Shown: positions 11,401 through 21,000 of the stretch, one piece after another
Numbering within the stretch: the first letter of the stretch is position 1
How the letters are laid out: every line of letters begins with the position of its first letter
Source: a virus
DNA: 64,000 nt
Reading direction: 5' to 3' (one strand)
Virus record (IMG/VR): IMGVR_UViG_3300003323_000567
Location: 1 to 64,000 of that record
Program-made: the position numbers and the translations under genes
The notes under the pieces: generated by a model
Told to the model about the DNA's origin: nothing
Seen by the model: the letters and a program-made list of their open reading frames with translations, nothing else
Database searches by the model: none

Positions 11401-14400
11401 GATATATTGATGATGATAATAAGGTTAGAGTAACCCCTCTGCCTCAAAGTAATCCTTCAGCAGTAAATCCCACTGATAATAGCTTCTATCTGACCATAGA
11501 AAGTCATATAAAAGAGAGACTGGATTCATATGAGCCTGGTACTCAATTCGTTCACTCAGTAAATCTATATGATGGACTAAGTACTGCTGGGCATGCAGAT
11601 CTAATTGCTATTACCCCTCAGGGAAAGGTAGATATCTTGCAGTTCAAGGTGCCTCAATTCTCAGCAACATCTCCTGATGTACCTGTGTATAGACAGGAGG
11701 CCTATAACCTTGAAATAGAAGCCCTTAGAAAGATTCTACAGACAGGTTATGGAGTTAGCAGATCTGATTTTAGACAGACTAGAGCTATCCCTATAAAGGC
11801 AGAGTATGAAAGAGTGGCTCCTGGTATAAGTGATATGAGACTAAAGAATCTTACTATAGGTAATGTGAACGTGTCTCTTATTAAAGATGATACTCTACTT
11901 CCAATCTCTTCAGAATCTGAGGTTTCTGAAAATGAGCAATTTGATGAGTTCATTAGAAGACTGAGAGCTTTAGCTTCAAAGATAGCTTCTGAGAGAGTTC
12001 CTCCTGAACAAAGACAAGAGAGGAGTGCAAGAGTTGCAGAGCTTCTTGCTGCTATAAGAAAGCTCCAGATAAAAAGGGATGGGTCTGGCCTACTTAGATC
12101 AGGGCAAGCCCTTATCAAGAGGTCGAAGGAAAGGATATCTGCCCTTAGGGATAAGGTAGCAAATACTGATCCTAACCAAGCTACTATAAGAGAACTAAAT
12201 AAGATAGCAGATGACATTCTGAGTGACAAAGATCAGATAGAAATCTATAAGGATATGTACAGTATCTTCAGGAGTATCTTTACAGATGGAACTGTAGACT
12301 CTCAGGAGATGATAAAGGATTCCAGAGATATCTCTGATGATGCTAATGACCTTATAAACGATTACTGGAATTTGGCTGTAAAGTTCAGGACAACAAAGTT
12401 TGCAGCCAAAATAGGAATCAGGGATGAATTTACTCCAGAGAAGAAGCTTACCTGGTATAGAAGAATGATCAGATCTCTATCACAATCTTCTATCAAGGCT
12501 GGAGCTGAACTATGGGGACTAGTCAAAAGAATCAATAATGGATTCAGACTTGAGTTTCTGGATAGACTTGATGAATTAGGGAAGATAGAAAAAGAGGTGT
12601 CTGAATGGATGAGGGGAAAATCAGCACAGGACTTGTATAGAAAAATCTTCAAATATGATGATAAGGGAAGATGGACTGGAAAAATCATCCAGAAGATTGA
12701 TAGAAGATTCTATGACGAATTGGAGAAAGCCCAGGCCAATAAGGATGAAAAATGGATAAAGGAGAATATTGACACTGATGAATACAATAAGTGGTTTGCA
12801 GAACAGCATCAGAGAAGAATAGATGATTCCAAAACTGCTAGAATTGTTGCTGATGATGCTGAGAATCAAAGACTGGTTCAGCAAGATCTTCAGAATTTTG
12901 TAGACACATTCCATATTGGTTTCAAGAAGGGCATTGGATCCTATAATTGGGCTCTCAAGAACTTCCCTAAGGTAGATAAATGGAAATCAGATGCTTACAA
13001 GGAGATAGAAGCAGTTGAGCCTCTTCTGAAGCTATATGAATACTACGTAAAGAGGCTAAAGGAATCATGGGAGCTGGGAATGCTCCATGAGCACAATGGA
13101 TGGAGCTGGTTTCCTAATGTTAGAAGGAATCTTCTGGAAAAGCTTTCCACTGCTCCTGCGGGGGGTAAGCTTCAGTCTCTGTTTGGAAGTGTAAGAATAG
13201 AAGCAGAAGATCAGGAGTTTGGTAAAATTGATCCTATCACAGGTAAACCCATTGATGAGATTCATGCAAATTTCGTATCTGATCTGTTTCAATATGTTCA
13301 GGATGCTGATGGGAACTATTTTAGAGACTACTCAGAAAAATCCATGGACATATTCAAGGTTATCGCCCTTTGGGATGCTGAGATAGTGAAATATAAGCTG
13401 AGAACTGAATCCGAAGGCATGGCTAGACTATTGTATTACACAGAGTTAAGTAGAAAAGCTTATGAGAGTACCACCACAGGTAAGCTTAAGAAGACCCCTG
13501 AGGGGAAGCCTATTCCTATATCAAATGAGCTAAATGCTCAATATGTTAAGGAGCACATAGATGCTGTATACTATGGAAAGGCTAAATCAGATGAATTTGA
13601 TGTGGTCATTACTATTCCATACAAATCTGCAGTTGAGAAGATCAATAAGCTCTTTGGATCAGAAGTCCTGACAGTACCAGAGAAGAGTGAAATCAGGATC
13701 TCAGGGATCAAGACTATTGGGGTAATGAACAGATACTTTGTTACTAAAACTCTGGGTCTTAATGTAATGACCTCTTTAGCCCAGCTCTTTGGTGGTACCC
13801 TGAATACTGCTATTAATCAGGGACTCTATTTCAACAAGAAGGACATGCTTGAGGCTGAATTGAAATATGTTTCAGGTAAGTTCTATGGTAATGAACAGGA
13901 TAAGAAGCTCGCTGCTTTGGTAGGTTTTTTTCACCCTTATCTGGAAGACAGAACGAGCGCAGAGGTAAGAAAAATGTCTATGTCAAAGATGGTAGAATAC
14001 TTATCTTCTGATCAATTGTTCTATCTACAGAGAGGTTCTGACAACTGGGTAAACACAATTGTTGCCCTTGCAATGTTCAAAAATACCATGGTGGTGGATG
14101 GTAAACTAGTGAATATCAGAGACTTCGCAAGAAAGGAACTTGGACATGCCAACAAATACCAGGGAACTTATGAGGAAGCAGTTGAGTTTGACAAGAGACT
14201 TGAGGCCAGAGTGGAAGAACTACAGAAATCTCCTCAAGCCCTGGTGAACTATGCACAAGTAGTAAATGACCAAATTACCCTTCCAAATATAGATAGAAAT
14301 GGAGATGCTGTAATCAACTTGAGACAGCAGATCCTGGAGATCATCAAGGATGCCTTGGGTAATACCTCACATGAAGATCTTTCTCTATACAAGAGGAGCA

Positions 14401-15152
14401 TTATGTGGCAATCTTTCTTCATGTTTAAGAACTGGATTCCTAGAATGTTTGACGTGAGGTTTGGATCTCTGAAATATTCTCCTGGAACTGATAAGTATGA
14501 GTATGGCAGGGTTAGGATGCTGGCAAATGCTGTGACTCACCTTGGACTAAGTGCCAACGCAGGGCTCATAGCAAAGCTTGGAAACAATCCAAAGCCACTC
14601 ATAGAAGTAGCTAAAGAGCAATACGCTAAGAAGAGAGCTGCTTTTGCAGAGGAATTACAAGACTTTGATATGACAGAAGCTGAATTCGTGGATATGTACA
14701 TAAAAGGAGTAAGATCAGAAATGAGAGAATTGATGCTGGCAGCAGGACTGATGGCTCTTTTGATAGCCATGAGATTGAGTACTCCCGATAAAGATGAAGA
14801 TGAGCATACAAAGGGTGCTTACAGATGGGCCCTTAGGGGGTTAGATAAGCTAACAGATGAATTGACCTTTATGTACACTCCATCTTCTTTCACAAATATC
14901 CTGAACGGATCGGTGTTTCCTGCAGTAGGTATATTGGTAGAAGCTGAGAGACTTTTCACTAGTGTAATTAAGAAGCTATTCTTCTCCATGACTGGAGACG
15001 AGGAAGCTTCAGCTAGACAGCACCCATCCAAATATTTGTTCAGAATGCTTCCTATAACAAAAGAAGTGATAAACTACCTAGCGGTCTTTAATAATGACAT
15101 AGCTAAGGAGTATGGAATTAGGATGAACACTAACTATGGATCAGTGAGATAA
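8409..15152 (+). CDS. Giant multidomain virion (ejected) protein with N-terminal histidine phosphatase domain and a PD-(D/E)xK-like segment
   Basis: 2247 aa, coupled to the RNAP gene (TAATG). FLRHG...YTSPTKRAKQT...GGES...ILTH matches histidine phosphatases. EEAMH is zincin-like. AGHADLIAITPQGKVDILQFK is a degenerate nuclease-like motif. Confidence 0.75.
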   Translation: MACEYLYKGKWYTEDELRELYSQRGVTSREMVFLRHGITDEDNEGKNSGQNNESINQEGYKETKESLERDLKGEGIEVVYTSPTKRAKQTSQIISKDLNIPIIEVKGLEAWDIGKFSSRPEGDFDERYYVNNPDVKVPGGESFNQFKNRLLDAMDQIQHSAQKPAILTHSKSLKVIEALQKTGGVWNKEAINDYFSESDQPNNQTRKMDYHSSDDPTRRSVNPSKASAATMKLIKEFLDRIGVEVQSLAKITYNGQSLGVNGLADPLNGLIQVTQGKEDIALPEEAMHMAVEILEQKNPKLFKEMMDRVGRYNLTDQVFLEYQNNPFYQKDGKPDINKIKKEAIGKILAQTVIDKNQGAQEKPELLNQTRNWWQRIIDFLKDLFLRAGMNPFEQVAQKVIEGKDFGNASELTGAPFASRNPAALNATLKLVSSLRDPRAEKWFKELNKEIFLKKLQQDLQAPKAQVDMLKKLIQGRSYDNIGDLIADVLAELSYTVEINTTYDRHHDVYNDMDDYHIDVQDDPNTPRPEFTYSVIDSNGKTVFNTNDEKEAKQKVEELKKQGGTPSSHYSNLTVPGGVNYRENEIKTPDITPSIKGHAAFASDKGIGWFRSDDKRTDDNSGKRVSDGAGGLVQLGQVTDRNTRRILELQSDLFQKGRQLDQLVSNPVNFPFEFEGHTYTEESDGHSDTYFKDGKRISDEEILGVKTRFWNSHREDFNNQFLQLLNKENNWVTFFVKAIVQDSAKKGYKNIRFPGGDTAAKVEGHETVDEFIKQKEEAISRIEEQISDMQKELEDLDEEKGHEDRYASYYKRDGKYYRAELGVEKEISRSQYTSTFDNQRRYIKDIISSREREMSRFKKEVEDAREGRSTFAAISRFYEDTVQNILKKQGYSPKEVIDEYGNKWFEISINEKRDLGDFYFQLSGPQDLTEKIIQKNNNITKRGDEFEINGNKIRRSVQEQIQEFYRKRIGAERADKALRGFKQETENKVQIDIKDILNRYIDDDNKVRVTPLPQSNPSAVNPTDNSFYLTIESHIKERLDSYEPGTQFVHSVNLYDGLSTAGHADLIAITPQGKVDILQFKVPQFSATSPDVPVYRQEAYNLEIEALRKILQTGYGVSRSDFRQTRAIPIKAEYERVAPGISDMRLKNLTIGNVNVSLIKDDTLLPISSESEVSENEQFDEFIRRLRALASKIASERVPPEQRQERSARVAELLAAIRKLQIKRDGSGLLRSGQALIKRSKERISALRDKVANTDPNQATIRELNKIADDILSDKDQIEIYKDMYSIFRSIFTDGTVDSQEMIKDSRDISDDANDLINDYWNLAVKFRTTKFAAKIGIRDEFTPEKKLTWYRRMIRSLSQSSIKAGAELWGLVKRINNGFRLEFLDRLDELGKIEKEVSEWMRGKSAQDLYRKIFKYDDKGRWTGKIIQKIDRRFYDELEKAQANKDEKWIKENIDTDEYNKWFAEQHQRRIDDSKTARIVADDAENQRLVQQDLQNFVDTFHIGFKKGIGSYNWALKNFPKVDKWKSDAYKEIEAVEPLLKLYEYYVKRLKESWELGMLHEHNGWSWFPNVRRNLLEKLSTAPAGGKLQSLFGSVRIEAEDQEFGKIDPITGKPIDEIHANFVSDLFQYVQDADGNYFRDYSEKSMDIFKVIALWDAEIVKYKLRTESEGMARLLYYTELSRKAYESTTTGKLKKTPEGKPIPISNELNAQYVKEHIDAVYYGKAKSDEFDVVITIPYKSAVEKINKLFGSEVLTVPEKSEIRISGIKTIGVMNRYFVTKTLGLNVMTSLAQLFGGTLNTAINQGLYFNKKDMLEAELKYVSGKFYGNEQDKKLAALVGFFHPYLEDRTSAEVRKMSMSKMVEYLSSDQLFYLQRGSDNWVNTIVALAMFKNTMVVDGKLVNIRDFARKELGHANKYQGTYEEAVEFDKRLEARVEELQKSPQALVNYAQVVNDQITLPNIDRNGDAVINLRQQILEIIKDALGNTSHEDLSLYKRSIMWQSFFMFKNWIPRMFDVRFGSLKYSPGTDKYEYGRVRMLANAVTHLGLSANAGLIAKLGNNPKPLIEVAKEQYAKKRAAFAEELQDFDMTEAEFVDMYIKGVRSEMRELMLAAGLMALLIAMRLSTPDKDEDEHTKGAYRWALRGLDKLTDELTFMYTPSSFTNILNGSVFPAVGILVEAERLFTSVIKKLFFSMTGDEEASARQHPSKYLFRMLPITKEVINYLAVFNNDIAKEYGIRMNTNYGSVR

Positions 15153-15208
15153 ATGCTATATTAAGCACTAAATTTTATATATAAATCCTTCTATACCAGA
15201 ATAATAAG

Positions 15209-15216
15209 TAAATTTG
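15209..15216 (+). promoter_or_regulatory. Bacteroidota-type -7 promoter box (TAAATTTG)
   Basis: Matches TAnnTTTG, 6 nt upstream of the ATG at 15223. Confidence 0.55.
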
Positions 15217-15222
15217 TGACCC

Positions 15223-15663
15223 ATGGCAGTCTCTATTCAAGGAAACAACTGCAGATCCTCAAGATGCTGTACCCCCGTAACACCAGGATGTCAATTTAGA
15301 CTCCCAGGGGAATGCGTTTATTACTCAAGTTCTGCCATAAGTGGCCCAGGAATAAATCCTGGAGATACACTTAATAGCTTGATTGTCAAGCTGGTGAACT
15401 ATATTAACAGTCAGATAGCCTTTCCTCCTGCAGTAATTCCTGTTGTAAGTGGCGACTTTACAAATGCTACTACATATAACAATCCAGCTCTCTCAGGAGT
15501 TCAGTTTGAAATATTCCTAAATGATCTCAATAGATTCATTTATAACGAAGTAGGGAATCAAGAATGGAATTATGTGGTAGGAGGAGGATTCCAAATCCTT
15601 ATCCCTGGATTTGATTCTACAACTGTCGATTATCACTTATATGTCTTTCCAAAAAGTTCATGA
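15223..15663 (+). CDS. Hypothetical protein, probably structural
   Basis: 146 aa with a Cys-rich N-terminus, located in the virion gene block. Confidence 0.6.
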   Translation: MAVSIQGNNCRSSRCCTPVTPGCQFRLPGECVYYSSSAISGPGINPGDTLNSLIVKLVNYINSQIAFPPAVIPVVSGDFTNATTYNNPALSGVQFEIFLNDLNRFIYNEVGNQEWNYVVGGGFQILIPGFDSTTVDYHLYVFPKSS

Positions 15664-17813
15664 AGCGCCTATTAAATATATTATGTACTCTAGCCCTTCT
15701 TCTTCCTATAGGAGTATTGGGACAGGTATTCAGCCCTAGGTCAAATGGTACATTTACTCCAATTGATCCCTATCTCTCAGTGCCCAAAGCACTTTACTTA
15801 CCAAAAGCTTGTGACACCACAAGTGCTCTGAATGGTGGTAAGGACACTATTGGTGCATTATTTTATGATAAGTGTAACTCTAAGCTCTGGTTTAGAGATA
15901 CTACCCCTGGGGGCCATAGATGGACAGATGTTGGAAATAATTTAATATATACCAATGGTGTCAGAAGAGTTCCTGGAGGGATAGTAAAGTTGGGGACAGG
16001 AAATCATACCTACCTGGATTCTACAGCTATAATACAATATGTTGCCAGAAGACAGCTAGGTAGTATTAATAAGAACCTTTTATTGACTAATGTAGGTGTA
16101 GATTCCTTACCAGCAGGAGCTGCTTTTTGGGAGTATCCACAAGTTACAAGTGAAGCTTCTCAGCAGGAAAAGGGCTTGAATGTTAATATGATTTACAAAG
16201 AAGCCTGGGGGGATACAATGAACTTACAGTACGGAGGGCCTATTAATACCTATTGGTTAATGCAGTGGAATCCGAGCAGCCCAAGGTTTGCTCAGCCCGG
16301 AGGGAAAGTAATAAACCTTCCCTATACAGCAGTGAATAGTACTAATAGATTATTCTTTCCAAGAGATAGTGTAAATATATTTTCAGGTGCTAATGGATGG
16401 CAAGCTAGTATGTTTAATGGTGACTTTGCAATGGGAGACACATGTGGATATAATATATACATCCAAAATTCAGCACAACCATATCCATTAGCAGTATTTG
16501 GGTCTCGCATTGATCTTCAAAGAAATATAGCCAGACAAAGAAAGAGAAGAATGACTGGTCTAGGAATAGCTGGATACTTTGCTGACTATAAGGACTATCA
16601 AGGGGAAATTCAACCTACAACATTTCAGGACAGTTCATATCACTCCAAGATCTTTGATTATTATAGCGCAGGGGAAAGAGAAGGAGACTATTATGTAAAT
16701 CCTGCAACTCCCAAATCCTATATTCTTGGCATATCAAAGAATGACACTGTAGTTGGATTCTATTCTGCTCCAAAGTATTCTCTGACCAATAGTGTGTATA
16801 ATGGGTATGGTTTTATTCAGAATGGAGCAAGTGATGCTAACTGGTTTGGTGGAAGGTTTAGAGTAGGGGGAGTATGGCCGACTAGAGATAATGGATGGCT
16901 TAGATATAATATGGAAACAATTGGTAGCACAAGAACGGATAGTTTATTTAATTTATATCAAAAATTCGATAGTCTTGGCACCATGGTTTTTAGGTCTAAA
17001 AACAGTCCTGGGTTTGCTCCATTCCTAATAGATTTAAGAATTTTTGCCGACAGTAATTCGAATGGGGGAAATACACCCAGTGGTTTATTAGCATTCAAAA
17101 ATTATACAGACTATAAAACACCAACAATTGCAACGAGTGATGTTGTTGATGCTAGGACATATTTCAACTTATCTGCTAATAGGAGCGCGCAAGTTGGATT
17201 TTGTGAAACTTGTCCAAATCACCAGTATTATGGATACTCTCAAATGATAATGGGCTCTAGCTCAACAATGAGCAATTTAGGTGTTTTCCCAACGCAATTT
17301 CCACATACGATATACTTTGCAAGAAATGAAATATATGGAACAGGTTCAACAGCAAAGGCTAGTGGGTTAGATTTGGTGAATTTTGGTGGTATTCTTCGCG
17401 CTGGCCCAAATCTTGATAGTCTGAAGAGCTTTACTCAATTTAGGGATTATGGCGCTACCCTCAATACTGTTGGACGTATAGGTATTTATTCAGCATTCAT
17501 GGCTGATGTAATCAACCTTTCCAATGCTGATAGCACATTTGGATTCTACCAAACAAAATCAGGTGTTAGAAATAGATTTAATGGTACTATGGAGCTACCT
17601 GCTCTCACAACAGGGACCATAGTTACAGTTGGTTCAAATGGAGTATTAACTTCTGGACAAACAACAGCTCAAACACCGAAAGTTACTTCAGGAGCTGGAG
17701 CTCCAGGAACAACTCCAGAAAAAGTAGGAGACTTTTATATAGACACAACAAATTTCAAGCTTTATTTCTCCAAGGGTACTTCTTCAAGTGCTGATTGGAT
17801 AATAGCAAACTAA
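15660..17813 (+). CDS. Tail-fibre/receptor-binding-like protein with a signal-peptide-like N-terminus
   Basis: 717 aa, rich in G/S/T/N. C-terminal GAGAPGTTPEKVGDFYIDTT motif is typical of fibre proteins. N-terminus reads MKRLLNILCTLALLLPIGVLGQ. Confidence 0.55.
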   Translation: MKRLLNILCTLALLLPIGVLGQVFSPRSNGTFTPIDPYLSVPKALYLPKACDTTSALNGGKDTIGALFYDKCNSKLWFRDTTPGGHRWTDVGNNLIYTNGVRRVPGGIVKLGTGNHTYLDSTAIIQYVARRQLGSINKNLLLTNVGVDSLPAGAAFWEYPQVTSEASQQEKGLNVNMIYKEAWGDTMNLQYGGPINTYWLMQWNPSSPRFAQPGGKVINLPYTAVNSTNRLFFPRDSVNIFSGANGWQASMFNGDFAMGDTCGYNIYIQNSAQPYPLAVFGSRIDLQRNIARQRKRRMTGLGIAGYFADYKDYQGEIQPTTFQDSSYHSKIFDYYSAGEREGDYYVNPATPKSYILGISKNDTVVGFYSAPKYSLTNSVYNGYGFIQNGASDANWFGGRFRVGGVWPTRDNGWLRYNMETIGSTRTDSLFNLYQKFDSLGTMVFRSKNSPGFAPFLIDLRIFADSNSNGGNTPSGLLAFKNYTDYKTPTIATSDVVDARTYFNLSANRSAQVGFCETCPNHQYYGYSQMIMGSSSTMSNLGVFPTQFPHTIYFARNEIYGTGSTAKASGLDLVNFGGILRAGPNLDSLKSFTQFRDYGATLNTVGRIGIYSAFMADVINLSNADSTFGFYQTKSGVRNRFNGTMELPALTTGTIVTVGSNGVLTSGQTTAQTPKVTSGAGAPGTTPEKVGDFYIDTTNFKLYFSKGTSSSADWIIAN

Positions 17814-17818
17814 TTCGT

Positions 17819-18052
17819 ATGCCAGTATCTAATAATATGAACAGACCTGCTCCATTATGGTTCAGGAGACTGGAGACTGCCCTGGTTTTCCTATTTATGG
17901 GCTTGATACCCATTATAGGTTTGACAAAGAGCATTCCCGTAGACCTTAGGGATGACCTCAGCTTGGTAGTATTACCAGGTCTGGTTCTATTGACTAAATC
18001 AATAGGGATATTTCTTGGAGAAGCCCCTCCGGGAGATGAGAATAAGTCTTAG
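17819..18052 (+). CDS. Small two-TM membrane protein (holin-like)
   Basis: Two hydrophobic segments. Start placed at the ATG after the upstream stop codon. Confidence 0.5.
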   Translation: MPVSNNMNRPAPLWFRRLETALVFLFMGLIPIIGLTKSIPVDLRDDLSLVVLPGLVLLTKSIGIFLGEAPPGDENKS

Positions 18053-18074
18053 ATTTACAAAAAAAATCAATAAT

Positions 18075-18290
18075 ATGTCAATTTTCAAGAAAGAGTATGC
18101 AAAAGACTGGTTATGGGTATTCACTGCCTTTACAGCTGTGTTTGGGACAGTAATATTTCCTGGTCTTAGTGACTATGCCAACCATAGTTTTTGGTGGAAG
18201 TTTTGGGATATCCTGGCTGGGATATGTGCTGTTACTACAGTAGGAGGATGGATCTATTTCTGGACTGGAAAAGGAAAGTCCGATGAGTAG
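18075..18290 (+). CDS. Small membrane protein
   Basis: Two Trp-rich hydrophobic helices. Confidence 0.55.
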   Translation: MSIFKKEYAKDWLWVFTAFTAVFGTVIFPGLSDYANHSFWWKFWDILAGICAVTTVGGWIYFWTGKGKSDE

Positions 18291-18621
18291 CCTGATATTC
18301 TGGTTTCTGGTAGGAGTTCTGAATGCTTTCATGGATACTATTGATGAAGGGCATTTCGGAAACTCCATATTCAGAAACTGGGATCCTAAATTCTGGTATA
18401 AGTGGCAGAGCTGGAAGTATGCAAAGAAAATACTCAACTATCCCCTCGATGCATGGCACATAGCTAAAAGCTTAATGTGGACTTGTGTATCTTTAGGAGC
18501 AGTTACATATTTAAGAACCGGACCCATATTTCCCCACTGGCCATTGGATTTTGGAGCCATTGGGTTAACTATAATGCTGACATTCAACATCTTCTATAAC
18601 CATATATTCAAAAAACCATAA
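18283..18621 (+). CDS. Membrane protein
   Basis: 112 aa, hydrophobic and Trp-rich, coupled to its neighbours. Confidence 0.6.
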   Translation: MSSLIFWFLVGVLNAFMDTIDEGHFGNSIFRNWDPKFWYKWQSWKYAKKILNYPLDAWHIAKSLMWTCVSLGAVTYLRTGPIFPHWPLDFGAIGLTIMLTFNIFYNHIFKKP

Positions 18622-19424
18622 TGAAGATAACCTGTATCATGGCTACCTGTGGCAGACACAGATTAGCTGAAAGGTCTCTGAGATTATTCATGAACCAGCA
18701 ACATGATCCTGAGAAAGATCATCTTGACATATTTCATCTGCTTATCTACAACAATTCTAATGTGGATCTCAAGCTAGACCCCTCCCTCTGGGAGAATGAG
18801 GAAAATGCTGGCTACAAAAGTGTACAACTGGTTAATCAACATATAAGCAAGAGGACTGGAGAACCATATACTAATCTTGGTGATATATATAATGATGCAT
18901 TAGAATATATTCCAGATACTACTGATGTAATAGTACACTGGGATGATGATGATCTATTTCTTCCAAATCATATAATGGAAGGTGTGAAAGGGCTGCAAGC
19001 TGCAATGATAATGGGGAAAGAGGCGTACAAACCTGCTCAATCCTATTATAGACATCCCGGAGGGGTGCAGTTAATGAGCAACACATTGGAGCCTTCAATA
19101 TTTGTCACAACAGATCATTTATTGAAGCACAAATATGGGCTCAGTACAACAGACCAACATCTGCAATGGGTTAATCCCCTTGTATATGAGCAAAAGATAC
19201 TTGTGGATGACCATGGTACTCCTACATTGATTTACAACTGGGGAGATACAGACATTCCCACTTTCAAGACCTCAGGGAATGCAGGACATCCTAACAACTT
19301 CAACAATTACAGGAACTTCTCAAAAGATCATGGTGATCAAATTTTAACTCCGTGGAAAAAAGAGGAGGTTCAAAAATACTACGATCTAGTGCATGCAACA
19401 GCTACTAGCCAAGTACATATATAA
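18621..19424 (+). CDS. Glycosyltransferase (GT-A fold, GT2-like)
   Basis: N-terminal ITCIMATCGR strand and a HWDDDD DxD motif. Confidence 0.75.
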   Translation: MKITCIMATCGRHRLAERSLRLFMNQQHDPEKDHLDIFHLLIYNNSNVDLKLDPSLWENEENAGYKSVQLVNQHISKRTGEPYTNLGDIYNDALEYIPDTTDVIVHWDDDDLFLPNHIMEGVKGLQAAMIMGKEAYKPAQSYYRHPGGVQLMSNTLEPSIFVTTDHLLKHKYGLSTTDQHLQWVNPLVYEQKILVDDHGTPTLIYNWGDTDIPTFKTSGNAGHPNNFNNYRNFSKDHGDQILTPWKKEEVQKYYDLVHATATSQVHI

Positions 19425-19671
19425 GAATTATTTTGAATTACTCAAGAATGACACTCTAAACCTGGAACTGTCCAGATTGGGTTGGGTCAAGCCAGCAGAT
19501 ATTCCCAGGCAGACTGTTCTGTTCGGGAATTCTCTTATTAGAAAGTATCTCACTCGCACCCTTAGGGAGTTCATGAATGATTTTGAGTTCCAAAGAATTC
19601 TATGTCAAGTGGGTTATTATGGACCAGCTTGTACTACCACAAGTACTACCACCACTACAACTACAACATAG
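19393..19671 (+). CDS. Small protein with C-terminal poly-Thr tail
   Basis: Ends in CTTTSTTTTTTTT-stop, encoded by mixed ACN codons. Confidence 0.6.
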   Translation: MQQLLAKYIYKNYFELLKNDTLNLELSRLGWVKPADIPRQTVLFGNSLIRKYLTRTLREFMNDFEFQRILCQVGYYGPACTTTSTTTTTTTT

Positions 19672-20330
19672 TGATACCAGTTATTATAAATAACTTTAAT
19701 AGACTGACAACAACCAAAAAGCTGGCAGATGACCTCTATAAGCTGGGCTACACCGATATTCACATCCTTGACAATAAGTCGTCCTACCCACCTTTACTGG
19801 AATGGTATAATGAGTGCCCCTACAAGGTGGAGAGACTCGATGGTAACCTGGGCCAACTGGCAGTCTATAATAGTGGCTATATCAATAAGTTCCAAGGGTG
19901 GGTAGCATATTCTGATTCTGATATTGAGCTTAATTCCAGTACCCCCGAGGGCTTCATAGAGAAGATGGTTAGGGTGGCAGAAAAATACAATAAGATCAAG
20001 GCCGGACTTGCCCTTAGGGTGGATGATATACCAGATACTACATATGGTAAATATGTAAAGTGGTTAGAATCAAGGTATTGGAAGCAGGAACTAGAACCTG
20101 AAGTCTATAATGCTCATGTAGACACAACCTTTTCAGTGATCCAAGTTGGCCAACCCTTTACCTATGAGGCTGTAAGACTGGCAGGGAATTTAACTGCTCG
20201 ACATGTGCCATGGTATCTGGATTATGAGCACCTTGACCAAGAGGAAGTTTATATCCTTCAGCATTCAAGTTCTGAGTTTTCTACGACAAAAAGATTTGTA
20301 GATTCACTATCTTTACAAAAAACCAATTAA
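19671..20330 (+). CDS. Glycosyltransferase (GT2-like)
   Basis: Probable GTG start overlapping the previous stop. Motifs IPVIINNFNR, ILDNKSSYP and YSDSD (DxD). Confidence 0.7.
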   Translation: MIPVIINNFNRLTTTKKLADDLYKLGYTDIHILDNKSSYPPLLEWYNECPYKVERLDGNLGQLAVYNSGYINKFQGWVAYSDSDIELNSSTPEGFIEKMVRVAEKYNKIKAGLALRVDDIPDTTYGKYVKWLESRYWKQELEPEVYNAHVDTTFSVIQVGQPFTYEAVRLAGNLTARHVPWYLDYEHLDQEEVYILQHSSSEFSTTKRFVDSLSLQKTN

Positions 20331-20331
20331 G

Positions 20332-21000
20332 ATGAACCGCTGGGATATCATTAATCTCTTCATAGAAAAGAACAACTACAAGTCCTATCTCGAGATAGGT
20401 TATTACAAGGGCTGGTCTTTTGATCAAATCTTTTGTGAGAAAAAGCTGGCAGTAGATCCAAATCCATGCAAAAATAGCTGGCAGGAGACTTACCCATACG
20501 GAGTATCTTTCGAAGATTCAGGTCTAATTTACAAACAGACATCTGATGACTTCTTCAACCTATGGAGAGGGAGCAAATGGGATATTGTCTTCATTGATGG
20601 ACTTCACGAAGCCAAGCAAGTCGAAAAGGATATAATGAATTCCCTCAATCACCTATCCCCTGGGGGGACTATAGTTCTTCATGATTGTAATCCCCCAGAA
20701 TATCTACACACAACTACTGGAATTAATGGATGCTGGACAGGAGATGCTTACAAAGCATGGGTTAAGTTTAGATATGAACATCCTGAATATATTACATATA
20801 CTGTAGATACTGATTGGGGAGTAGGAGTTATAGAAACCCCTTATGAGATCTATAGTAATGATGGAGTAGGGAAGTTAACTAAGATTCTTGATTGGCAGGA
20901 ATTTGATAAAGAAAGAAAGGAATTACTAAATCTTATCCCAGTAGAAGAATTTAAAACCAAAATGAATGAAAGAACTACAGATAATTACAGCACAACCTAA
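20332..21000 (+). CDS. Class I SAM-dependent methyltransferase (Methyltransf_24-like)
   Basis: YLEIG, DIVFIDGLH and GGTIVLHD motifs. Confidence 0.85.
   Translation: MNRWDIINLFIEKNNYKSYLEIGYYKGWSFDQIFCEKKLAVDPNPCKNSWQETYPYGVSFEDSGLIYKQTSDDFFNLWRGSKWDIVFIDGLHEAKQVEKDIMNSLNHLSPGGTIVLHDCNPPEYLHTTTGINGCWTGDAYKAWVKFRYEHPEYITYTVDTDWGVGVIETPYEIYSNDGVGKLTKILDWQEFDKERKELLNLIPVEEFKTKMNERTTDNYSTT

Noticed and set aside
131-15031. Numerous - strand ORFs within the two giant genes
   Set aside because: These are antisense shadows of long coding frames with no motifs.
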